NCBI GenBank assembly: GCA_043228905.1
Contig: JBHGNT010000010.1
Span: 8,432,001-8,496,000 of the forward strand
DNA: 64,000 nt
Source: Azolla caroliniana
Lineage: Eukaryota; Plantae; Polypodiophyta
Reading direction: 5' to 3'
Position numbers and translations under genes: made by a program. This document shows, in pieces, positions 1-11,107 of this stretch (the stretch's first letter is position 1; each line of letters starts with the position of its first letter). The notes below the pieces were generated by a model. That model was not told the origin of the DNA. It did not search any database and saw only the letters and a program-made list of their open reading frames with translations.

Positions 1-811
1 TAGCCATGCCCTTCGACCTTGTGGTCACCTGCTGCAGATCTGCCACTTCAGGGACTACCATATTTACTGCCGGTCGTTTGTCATAGCTCTTCGCCAGGCA
101 TTGATTACTATAATGGCCTTCCTGTCGGCAGTAGTAGCAGTAGGCTTTCTGGGTATTACTGGATTCAGCATTGTTTGTTGTACCCGGGGCATGTCCTGTG
201 GTAAGCGCGGGGTTTTGGGCCGGTTGGCTGCTTGAAGCTCCTTGTTCCGGATACCGTGGGTGGCCGCCTTTTTTGAAATGCCGTTTTTTGTTATAGTTCT
301 TCTTATTGCGGTACTCTTCTTGACGAGGTTGGTCATTATATCTGCCGTATTCCTCCCGTTGCTGACGATACCCGGGGGAGTGCTCCCGGTCGTAATGTTC
401 GTATCGTCTATTGTAATCCCGATACCGATCATATCTATCGTACCAGTCATAGTTATCCCGCCGATCACCGTACCAGACATCATTCTCCCGTCGATCGCCA
501 TACTGGACATCCTGTGCCGGTCGGTCGCGGTCCATTCGCCGCCAGCGTTCCTCTTCTTCATCCCGGCTACTGCGTGACTCTATTTGTCGGACGAGCGGTG
601 CTTGCCGGTTCAATAGATTATACTCGCACCTATCCGTCGTATGGCCCTTGGATTGACAGATTACACATTGCGTCCTCATAGTGCATTCTAGTGCCGAGTG
701 TCCGGAATTCAAGCAGGTTGTGCACTGTATTGCTTGCCGAAACCGGAGGTCTTCATCGGATGGTAACGCCCGTTGGAGTGCTCCGAGTGTGAGCCATGAG
801 CTTGTCTTTTC
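1..811 (-). pseudogene. gag: Ty3/gypsy (Tat/Athila-like) gag, C-terminal part with three CCHC-type knuckles; runs off the window edge
   Basis: After removing copia A and one TSD, the frame continues from ...RVREME into KTSSWL...CTTCLNSGHSALEC...CVICQSKGHTTDRC...CYCRQEGHYSNQC...VTTRS. Confidence 0.8.
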
Positions 812-1620
812 TGACGGGAACTGTACGCTCCCTCTACGCAACGCTCGGCCACAACCGAGCTTAGGATCATACACAGAAAAACGGGAAATAAATTCACGCG
901 ACACAAAGGAAAGAAAGGGTACACAGAATGTTTGCGTGGAAAACCCAAAGAGGGAAAAAACCACGGCAACCCACACGCTGCAAACTATCACTATGTTGGA
1001 ATGTACAAAGCAGTGAGTTCACGGAGGCAACGACCTCGTACTCACGATCCTCGCCACACACGGCGGTTACCACAGAGGCAGCGACCTCTTTCTCTCTCTC
1101 TCTCTCTCTCTGTACACTATTACGTGCTCTCTCTTCTTCTTGCACCAACAAGAAAATGACAACCACTGTTACTAAAAGTTTGCCCTAAGTCATATTTATA
1201 CTAATATGACTTTTCGGCTATTTACAAATGTAGCCTCGATGGGCTCTCAGAAACATATTTACGAATATGTCTCTTCATCCGGTTCTCACCGGGTCCGTAC
1301 CATCCGGCTCTCCGTAGCCGAGTACTCCTCATCCGGTTCATACCGGGCCTGCACCATCCGGCTCTCCGTAGCCGAGTACTCCTCATCCGGTTCATATCGG
1401 GCCTGCACCATCTGGCTCTCCGTAGCCGAGTAATCCTCATCCGGTTCATACCGGGCCTGCACCATCCGGCTCTTCGTAGCCGGGTACTCCTCATCCGGTT
1501 CATACCGGGCTTGCACCATCCGGCTCTCCGTAGCCGGGTACTCCTCATCCGGTTTCGGCCGAGGCCGATCATTGGCATTGTTCTTCTTCCTTCCCATCCG
1601 GAGGGACCTGTCTCCCAACA
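812..1620 (-). repeat. 3' LTR of copia A, with five 54-bp tandem repeats
   Basis: Near-identical to 6313-7051; unit ccggttcataccgggcctgcaccatccggctctccgtagccgagtactcctcat at ~1279-1553. Confidence 0.95.
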
Positions 1621-1633
1621 AACTCCCCCTTCA

Positions 1634-4600
1634 CTACGGCATGGGGTGTCTTACCAGTCCGATCCTCTTCCGGCATGCGTCCAGCTTGTCGGGTGTCAGC
1701 ACTTTGGTCAGCATATCTGACCCGTTCTCGGTCGTGTGGATCTTCGTCAGTGCGAACTCCTGGTCATCTACTCTTTCCCGGATCTAGTGATACCTACGCT
1801 GGATATGCTTCGTCCGGGAATGGTAGGCCGCATTCTTAGCAAGGTGGATGGCACTTTGACTATCGCAGTAGAGTCGGTATTCCTCTTGTCGGATACCGAG
1901 CTCTCCGATGAAGTCCTTCATCCATAATATTTCCTTGCCGGCTTCCACAGCCGCCATGTACTCCGCCTCTGTGGTTGACAATGCAACCGTCTTCTGCAGC
2001 CTCGACTGCCACGAAACAGCTCCCCCTGCATATGTCATCACATAACCGGAAGTAGACCGGCTGGTATCCACATCAGCCGACATGTCTGAATCGGTGAAAC
2101 CGTCCAGTTGAGGTTTTCCGGAGCCGAATCGGAGACACATATTTGAAGTGCCCTTCAAATACCGGAGTATCCATTTGACTGCCTTCCAGTGCTCCTTGCC
2201 AGGATTGCTCATAAACCGGCTCACCACTCCGACTGCGTATCCAATGTCCGGTCGGGTACAAACCATTGCGTACATCAAGCTCCCGACGACAGAGGCATAT
2301 GGGATCTTCATCATATTCGCCTTCTCTGCTTTCGTCTTCGGGCTTTGCTTACCGGATAGCTTGCAGTTTGCCGGAAGTGTCGATCCGACCGGTTTCGAAT
2401 CTGACATGTTGAACCGGTGAAGCACCTTTGTCACGTACTTCTCCTGTGATAGGCATAATTGCTTCTTTGACCGGTCCCGAATGATGTGCATCCCCAACAT
2501 CTGTCTTGCCGGACCCAAGTCTTTCATTGAGAAGGTCCGGTTGAGAGCCTTCTTCAGCATCCGTATTTTTACTTGGTCTCGTCCGACGATCAACATGTCA
2601 TCCACGTACAGGAGGAGTATCAGGAAGTCCCCTCCTTCGAACTTCTTCACAAACACGCAGTGATCGGCCTGCGTCTTGTGGTACCCTTGATCGGTCATGA
2701 AGGAGTCGAACTTCCGGTACCATTGCCGGGGAGCCTGCTTTAGTCCGTACAGGCTCTTCTTCAACCGGCATACCAGGTGCTCCTTCCCTTTCTCCACAAA
2801 TCCTTCCGGTTGCTGCATGTAGATCTCCTCTTCGAGGTCGCCGTGAAGGAATGCCGTCTTCACGTCCAGCTGCTCTACCTCGAGGTCCATGCTTGCCGCT
2901 ATACTCAGCACCGTCTGGATGGAGGTCATCTTTACTACCGGGGCAAATATCTCGTCGAAGTCCACGCCCTTCTTCTGCTGGAACCCCTTCACCACGATCC
3001 TGGCTTTGTATCTCGGGGGGTTGCCGGCATCTCCCGGTTTCAACTTGTACACCCACTTGTTTCGGAGTGCCCGCTTTCCTTTTGGCAACTCCACCAATTT
3101 GTACATATGGTTCTCATGCAGGGAATCCATCTCGTCCTACATGGCACTTAACCATTTCCGGCTGTGGGTGTCATCCTTCGCTTCTTTGAAGCTTTCCGGC
3201 TCCCCCTCATCGGTCAGCAGAACATGCTCTGCATCCGGAAATCTCCGGGGGGCCCTTCTCTCTCTGAGAGGATATCTCCGTCTTTGGGCTTCGGTAGCCG
3301 GCTCCTCCATTTGCTCTTCATCCGAATCCGATTCGGGGTCTAGGCCGATTCCGGTTTCAACTTCCTCTACCTCTTCTTCTGCCGGTTCGGTATCCTCACC
3401 GTATCTGGCTAGTTCTTCGAGTGCTAACCGGTCTCTTGCCGGTTGGGTCTGCTCATCGTAGAGTCGATCCTTACCGGTCGACTCGGAGTTCATTATCTTC
3501 TTCTCCGACTCCTAGTTGGCGAGCGTCTTGTCCTCCATGAAGATAATATCTCGACTCCGGAATACCTTCTTGTCGACCGGGTCCCACACTCGGTAGCCAA
3601 ACTCATCGTCACTGTAACCGAGGAATATGCATGGCCGGGTCTTTGGATCTAACTTACCTCTCCGGTCCTTAGCTACATGCACGTAAGCGAGACACCCAAA
3701 CACCTTCAGATGCCGGTAGGATACTTCCTTACCGGTCCACACTCTCTGTGGCGTGTCTCCGTCCAAGGGTACTGAGGGTGATCTATTTATCACGTATGTC
3801 GCCGTCGACAGTGCCTCAGCCCAAAACTTCTTGGGTAGTTTTGCATGCGCTAGCATACTCCGGACCCTCTCCATTATGGTCCGGTTCATCCTCTCGGCTA
3901 GTCCATTTAGTTCTGGCGTCTTCGGCACGGTAAATTCGAGCCGGATTCCCTTCGAGCGGCAGTACTCCTCGAACTGCCCCCGGTACTCTCCTCCGTTATC
4001 TGCTCGAACCGCCTTCAGCTTCCGGCCGGTTTCTCTTTCCACTCTCGCGTGGAGCTCTTTGAAAACGGATAACACCTGATCCTTCGTCTTCAACGGTGTG
4101 GCCCACAGCTTCCGGCTGTGGTCATCTATGAAAGTCACGAAGTACTGCGCTCCGGCATGTGACTTTGTGTCTACCTGACACACATCTGTATGCACCAACT
4201 CCAATGGTGCATTACGTCTCATCGGTGGCCTTGGTCGGAAGGAGGTCCGGTTTTGCTTACCGGCCAGACAATCAGTGCACTTCTCCAAGTGCACGTTCTT
4301 CACTGGAATGAGGTTGTCGTCTGCAAGCCTCTTCATCCCCTTCTCGCTCATGTGACACAACCTCTTGTGCCACAGCTCACCGGCAGTGTCGGATGCCATG
4401 TTCACTTCTTCCGGGCATAACTGAGCATTCATCAGGTACAACGTGTTTACCTTCCGGGCCCGAGCCACAATCAGGCTCCCTTTGCTGAACTTCATGACGT
4501 CGTTCCGGATGCTACCCGTGTAGCCTTCATCATCTAGCTGACCGGCTGATATCAGGTTCAGACGAACCTCCGGAACGTGTCAGACATCCTTCAGCAGCAA

Positions 4601-6282
4601 CTTGCATCCGGTTGGTGTTGACAACCACACGTCTCCTATGCCGACAATTCGGCATGTACCTTCATTCCCCATCCGGACACAGCCGTGGTCACCGGCTGAG
4701 TAGGATGAGAAGCATTTCCGGTCCGGGGTAAGGTGGAACGATGCTCCGGAGTCTACCACCTAGGTCATCTCGTCGCCGGCAAGGTTTATATCACTCTCCT
4801 CGGTGATGAGCATCAACTCTTCTTCACTTGCCGCGATTGCCATCGTTCCCTTCCGGTCCGGCCCCCTCCGGTCTTTACCGTTCCGGTCCGGGGTCCGCTT
4901 CGAATCGGTACCGTCGGTCTCCTTGTCTTTACGGAAATGCCGACAGTTCTTTTGGAAGTGACCCGGCTTGCCGCAATAGAAGCAGGTGGGCCTTCCCCTT
5001 GACTTTGACCGTGTCCCCGACTTCTCCCGGTTCTGGGGACTACGGTTTCTATGTCTTCCTCGTTCCGATTCGGTAAGAAGCGCTTTGGAGTCGGAGCTTG
5101 TATCTTTGTCTTTCCGACGCGCCTCCTCATCTAGCAAGCTCGACTTTACTCTTGCTAGGGATAACCGTTTTCCTTCCGGCCCGGCGTTGCCCAAATTGAC
5201 AACCAACGTCTCCCAGCTATCCGGGAGGGAATCGAGTAGGAGTAGCGCTAGTACCTCATCGGTGAGAGGTACTTCCAATGAGGTTACCTGGTGTATTAGC
5301 CCCTGGAAGGCATTCATGTGCTCCGCCATGCTGGAGCCATCTTGGTACCGGAGTCTTACTAGCTTCCGGAATACCGACACCTGATTGACAGCATTTTTGT
5401 TCTGAAACATTATGCCGATCTTCTCCCAGAGCTCATGAGCCTTGGTCTCCTCATTGAAGTTGTTGTACAGGATCATGTCGATGAAGCACCGTATGGGGTC
5501 CGCTTCGAATTGGTACCGTCGGTCTCCTTGTCTTTACGGAAATGCCGACAGTTCTTTTGGAAGTGACCCGGCTTGCCGCAATAGAAGCAGGTGGGCCTTC
5601 CCCTTGACTTTGACCGTGTCCCCGACTTCTCCCGGTTCTGGGGACTACGGTTTCTATGTCTTCCGCGTTCCGATTCGGTAAGAAGCGCTTTGGAGTCGGA
5701 GCTCGTATCTTTGTCTTTCCGACGCGCCTCCTCATCTAGCAAGCTCGACTTTACTCTTGCTAGGGATAACCGTTTTCCTTCCGGCCCGGCGTTGCCCAAA
5801 TTGACAACCAACGTCTCCCAGCTATCCGGGAGGGAACCGAGCAGGAGTAGCGCTAGTACCTCATCGGTGAGAGGTACTTCCAATGAGGTTACCTGGTGTA
5901 TTAGCCCCTGGAAGGCATTCATGTGCTCCGCCATGCTGGAGCCATCTTGGTACCGGAGTCTTACTAGCTTCCGGAATACCGACACCTGATTGACAACATT
6001 TTTGTTCTGAAACATTATGCCGATCTTCTCCCAGAGCTCATGAGCCTTGGTCTCCTCATTGAAGTTGTTGTACAGGATCATGTTGATGAAGCATCGTATG
6101 TACGCCGTTGTCTTCATGTGCATCACCTCCCATATCGCCGCGTCGATTTTGTCCGGTCTCTTGTCCCCGAACTGAACCGGCAGCCAGAGGTCTTTAACCA
6201 CGAGCATGTCCCTCATCTTCGACTTCCACACTGAATAGTTGGAGCCGGTGAGCTTGAACATGCCGCCAAACGATTCGTCCAT
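1634..6282 (-). pseudogene. Copia A gag-pol polyprotein, disrupted
   Basis: CFYCGKPGHFQKNC knuckle, VVDSGAS protease, GAG-pre-integrase LWHKRLCH, rve (HTDVC, RADNGGEY, NGLAER), RT LYVDDM, RH YCDSQSAI; in-frame TAG stops at 1784, 3137, 3512 and 4760, plus a 605-bp frameshifting duplication. Confidence 0.95.
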
Positions 6283-6312
6283 TTTTTGTGTCGATTTCGC
6301 TCTGATACCAAT

Positions 6313-7051
6313 TGACGGGAACTGTACGCTCCCTCTACGCAACGCTCGGCCACAACCGAGCTTAGGATCATACACAGAAAAACGGGAAATAAATTCACGC
6401 GACACAAAGGAAAGAAAGGGTACACAGAATGTTTGCGTGGAAAACCCAAAGAGGGAAAAAAACCACGCAAACTATCACTATGTTGGAATGTACAAAGCAG
6501 TGAGTTCACGGAGGCAACGACCTCGTACTCACGATCCTCGCCACAGGCGGCGGTTACAACAGAGGCAACGACCTCTTTCTCTCTCTCTCTCTCTCTGTAC
6601 ACTATTACGTGCTCTCTCTTCTTCTTGCACCAACAAGAAAATGACAACCACTGTTACTAAAAGTTTGCCCTAAGTCATATTTATACTAATATGACTTTTC
6701 GGCTATTTACAAATGTAGCCTCGATGGGCTCTCAGAAACATATTTACGAATATGTCTCTTCATCCGGTTCTCACCGGGTCCGTACCATCTGGCTCTCCGT
6801 AGCTGAGTACTCCTCATCCGGTTCATACCAGGCCTGCACCATCCGGCTCTCCGTAGCCGAGTACTCCTCATCCGGTTCATACCGGGCCTGCACCATCCGG
6901 CTCTCCGTAGCCGGGTACTCCTCATCCGGTTCATACCGGGCCTGCACCATCCGACTCTCCGTAGCCGGGTACTCCTCATCCGGTTTCGGCCGAGGTCGAT
7001 CATTGGCATTGTTCTTCTCCCTTCCCATCCGGAGGGACCTGTCTCCCAACA
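6313..7051 (-). repeat. 5' LTR of copia A, with four 54-bp repeats
   Basis: Adjacent to the PBS; direct repeat of 812-1620. Confidence 0.95.
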
Positions 7052-8106
7052 TTTTCCATCTCTCTCACCCGGTCAATGACCTGGTCGATGGTACTTGCGC
7101 GGAAGTCAATTACCGTGCAAACCGTGCGTAGGGGTTCCCGGAGCGCATTTAGCAATATAGTCCGTAATTCCTCCTCCGGGGGTGCGCGGGCAAGCTGACT
7201 ATGCATCCGTTGAAATCGGATGACAAACTGGGGAATGCTCTCCCCTGCCTCCTGTCGGATGGTATAAAACAAGCCCACCACTACTGTCTGGTTCACCTCC
7301 TTTTGGAAAAAATGCAAGAATTTAGCTTTTAAATCTACGAAGGTGGTGATGGTAGACGGGTCCTGCGTCCGGCGCCATCTTGCTGCCGGTCCCTCCAATG
7401 CGACGCCAAATTCCGCTATCTTAGAGTGTTCCTCTTCCTCCGGGGTCAATCGCTGGGACACATGGTTTGCTTCCCATGTCTGTTCAAAGGCGTGAACATG
7501 AGCTTCCGCGTCCGGATCATCTCTATACTTGGAGTACTGGAACGCCATGTCGTCGTCCGGTATCGGTGCGCGGGCTGGTGGTGTTGGTGGTCGTTCTTGG
7601 TTTTTCTCCGGCGTCAGTGGTCTTTCCTCTTCTTTTGGTGACGGAGGCCTCTCCTCCTCGACTTCCGGTGTCAGTGGTCGCTCTTCCTCTACTGGTTCCG
7701 GAGGTTCCAGCCTTAGCACTTCCGGTTCCGGTGTCAGTAAGGTGTTAGATCCTTCGTCCTCCGGTCCGCCCGGGGTTTCGTTGCTGCTACGGTAGTTCGT
7801 GTGCATGCTGTATTCCCCTTCGGAATCCGATTCATACACTGAAAAGGCTTCTGCATCGCCCTCTCCGCTTGCCAACGCCTGGAGAAGGGATTCGGTTTCC
7901 CGGAGGCTGCTTAGGCTACTGCCGTCTTCCGGGTGTGATGTTTGCTGTAACCGGAGGGACTCCTCCGCTACTCTCCGGATTACGTTGGAAAACGAGCGAT
8001 CCGCTCTAATTTCCTGCGCCGTTTGCTGGAAAGCCTCACGTCTCCTTTGCCTTTCGGCAAGGCGTCGAGTTCGATCTGTAACCAGGTCGTGCGTTGATCT
8101 AGTCAT
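7052..8106 (-). pseudogene. gag: Ty3/gypsy gag, N-terminal part (retrotransposon gag domain), interrupted by copia A
   Basis: ORF 7000-8193: DPDAEAHVHAFE...ALEGPAARW...TFVDLKAKFL...IRQEAGESIPQFVIRF; ATG at 8106 lies downstream of the PBS. Confidence 0.85.
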
Positions 8107-8142
8107 CCATTCATGCCGTCGTTCGCTGCAATAACAGGAATC

Positions 8143-8429
8143 GTGGTCGCCAAAAACTGTGTTAACTCTTAGGGCCGGACAATGGCCTAACACAGGGTGT
8201 CTACGGAAGACACTTCACCAAAGGGGTGTTATGGCTAGAGGATTAGGATCGACAATTAATCCGACTTAATTAGGTTACTTAGCAAGATCGTCCTTAATAA
8301 TCACACGCATAAGATATAACAATGAATGCAGAACGACAATTAACACACTAATAGCTTACTTACAACCATTCCTAATAATTAAATAACTCCTTCATTTCAC
8401 ACTCTCGACTCCTTTGCCGGCCGATAACA
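8143..8429 (-). repeat. Probable tRNA-Arg PBS (8143-8152) and truncated 5' LTR (8158-8429) of the gypsy host
   Basis: Minus strand reads ...AACACA-GTTTT-TGGCGACCAC, an LTR end followed by the complement of a tRNA 3' end. Confidence 0.6.
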
Positions 8430-10415
8430 GGTTGAGCTTGCTCGTTCAACACTCCCCCTCCAGCTCAACTTGAGGTCGGATCGTGGTGTTAGTGTCTGCA
8501 GTAGCCGGTCCTTCCATCCGGCTCCTTCTGGTGTCGTTCCGCCTTGCTCGCGCTCCTCGTCCAATCCAATCCCGTTTCCTGCAACCCTTCTGGTTCCGCA
8601 CACCTCGACCTCCTTGGTCGGCTTGTCTGCTCAGCAGGCCCATCTTAGCTCCTTCGTTGTTACGACTTCGGTGCTTGTCGACCCATTGGTTCTTCCGTTT
8701 CGGTGTCGACTTCCGCTACCTTCTCATTTGCTTGGCCTTTAGTTGATCCAACTCTTCCAAATATGCTTCCTCCGATTCGTTCCAGCTTCTGTTCGAGTTG
8801 GTAGTCCCCAACTCGTCTTCCGTTTTCAGGCCCTTCACCACATCGGACCACATCTGGGTCTTGGCCTTCTTCCGGTCGGCTCTGTCCTTCTTGACTCTAC
8901 CGCCACTGCCGTTTGTTCTGACTTGTTCGGATGTGCAGACTCCTTTGGTCGGCTCTCGTCTTCTGTTATCTGCTCATCTCCCCCATTGATTCTTTCTTCC
9001 TCTCCGGCTCCTTGGCCGGTGCCATCCGTTCCCGTTCCCGTTCCTATCCTCCCCCTCAAGTGCAGCACGTCGAGATGCTGAATGCCAAGCATCTCCAAAA
9101 AGTGCTTCAACTTGTCTCATCCGAGTTGCTTGGTGAAGATATCGGCAGGTTGCCGATCCGTGTGAACATACCGAAGTTCAACTTCACCGCTCAGGACCCG
9201 CTCACGCACAAGGGTCCAGAACTACTATCGACACTGTCTTTGTGCCTTCGGTTTTGCTCTTGCTGGCCGCCTCCATTACGTGCTGACCCACCTCGTCCTC
9301 CACGCCCACGGGGTCGATCCGTCTCCGTGTACAACATCCGGCTGTCCGGTTGAGTGGTCCTCGACCCACTCACGTGGGTTTCTTCGACCATCAACATGGA
9401 TTGTAAGTCGAAGGACGGTGGCTTCTCTTGTGTGCAGATCGCCGTCCGTATTGGCCCGTACCATTGTGCTAGACCACCGAGGCAGATTTGAACCATCTCG
9501 TCTTCGTCCACCGTCACGGACATATCCCTCTGTCAAATATTGTTGAGCTCTTGTCGGAGCTGCAACTTCCGTGTCGTAGTACTAGCGGCGAAAATCTTCT
9601 GGAGATTTTCCTAGGCCTCCTTTGGCATTTTTGCATCTTTGATGTAGCTGAGCATCTGATCGTGGACACTGGACACGATACAGTATAATACTCAGCTCAC
9701 TCCTTGCTCCCATGTTGGGAAGTCTTTGTGTGCCGGCTCCGGTGCTACCTCGTTGGTTCCTTCCAGGTAGCTCCAATAACCATGCCCCAGCAAGTACTGG
9801 TGCATTTTATATGACCAAGACGCATAGTTGTCCCAATCGAGCTTCTCTATTGGAAGTGAACTCGCCATACCTCTGTCCATACCTTTCTATGCATGTTGTT
9901 ACCGGTTATTAGGGTTTGTCTTCGAAAGCGTCTGTCGGTTGTAGAGGTTCTCAACCCTCGCGCTCTGATACCATGTGAATGTGAACGTGCGGAAGCGTAT
10001 TACAAACCGGCTCTACCGGATAGCAACAATTAGAGAGGAAGGTTCAATGGAAGCTTAACACAGAGATTATGCGCATGAGAGATAGAGATAGAGAGAGAGA
10101 CAAAACATAAACTCTATTCAAATAATACTCTAAAACTCTATGTACATGGAATGTGCTCAGAGAGCACTTTTATACAAGTCCATAAAAGATTCACAGAAGT
10201 ACTGACAGGTACTTCAATGCTCATACGAGCGACTGTCACTGACTCCCAAAAATATGCCTACATACTAGGCTAGATCCGTAGGCCTCTAATGTCCTACCGG
10301 TTTCATTCTAATCTGGCTCTCCGATCCGGCTCCTCGTTCCAAATATCATTCGGACACCGATCCGGCTCTGGCTTATTTAGCCAATCCGGACCCGGTTGAG
10401 CTTGCTCGCTCAACA
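8430..10415 (-). mobile_element. Internally deleted Ty1/copia element B
   Basis: 5' LTR 9974-10415; PBS ending at 9973; gag MDRGMASSLPIEKLD fused near 9210 directly to the RNase H end; PPT at 8452-8460; only 22 bp of the 3' LTR remain (8430-8451). Confidence 0.9.
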
Positions 10416-11107
10416 ACAACTAATTCGGGCGAAAGAGGAGACGAATCGGAAGCGATTGATTCAATCAAAATGTTCGATTTGGACATGCCGAATCAACTGA
10501 AGGCCAAGCGGAGGAAAGGGTAGCAAAAGAGACGCCAACACCGCGACAACAAGGGAGCTCAGAAAGGCCGTATGAGCAAACAGGCCGATCGAAAGGGTCG
10601 AAGCGCGCGGAATCGAACGGGTCGAGGATCACGAGCAAGGCGTGAAGCCAAGAGAACCCGGAACGATGATCTGTAAGAGTAGGCAGAACGTCAAGTTGAG
10701 CTTGAGGGGGAGTGTTGAGATACAAGCTCAACATTGGGTGCACAAACCGGTCTGTAAAGTAGTGCATAGGCTGGGTGCGTAAATCGGGTGCACAACGAGG
10801 GGCCATTGGAAAGATATTCCACGGAGGAATATAATTTGGGAGTTAGTGTAGGGCCTCATTGATGAGCATTGAAGTATGCATCAGTACTTCTGTTAGTCTG
10901 TATGGACTTGTATAAAACTGCTCTCTGAGCACATCCTATGTATAGAGTGTTATTTTCTTGGAATAGAACTGTTGTCTGCTCTCTCTGTCTCTCTCTGTCT
11001 CTCACTCTTCTTCTCTATGTGTTTTTTGTGTTTCACCGAACTGTCATATTTCCGAACTGTGGACTCTGTGTCTTTTACGCACACGCTTCCGCACGTATTC
11101 CTTTACA
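10416..11107 (+). mobile_element. 3' remnant of copia E: post-RNase H tail, PPT and 3' LTR (10713-11107)
   Basis: Tail resembles the reverse complement of ~46165-46460; TGAGGGGGAG followed by TGTTGA...TTTACA. Confidence 0.85.

Larger units (their letters stand above)
812..7051 (-). mobile_element. Full-length Ty1/copia retrotransposon A (Tnt1/Tto1-like), inactivated
   Basis: LTRs at 812-1620 and 6313-7051 with TG..CA ends; TSD TTTTC at 807-811 and 7052-7056; tRNA-iMet PBS (TGGTATCAGAGC) ending at 6310; PPT at 1621-1632; gag-PR-INT-RT-RH order. Confidence 0.96.

Noticed and set aside
1206-1621. 18-aa repeat ORFs in the copia A LTRs (also 6691-7131)
   Set aside because: By-product of 54-bp tandem repeats; open in several frames on both strands
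242-6234. Numerous plus-strand ORFs antisense to gag/pol
   Set aside because: Shadow frames of GC-rich retroelement coding sequence
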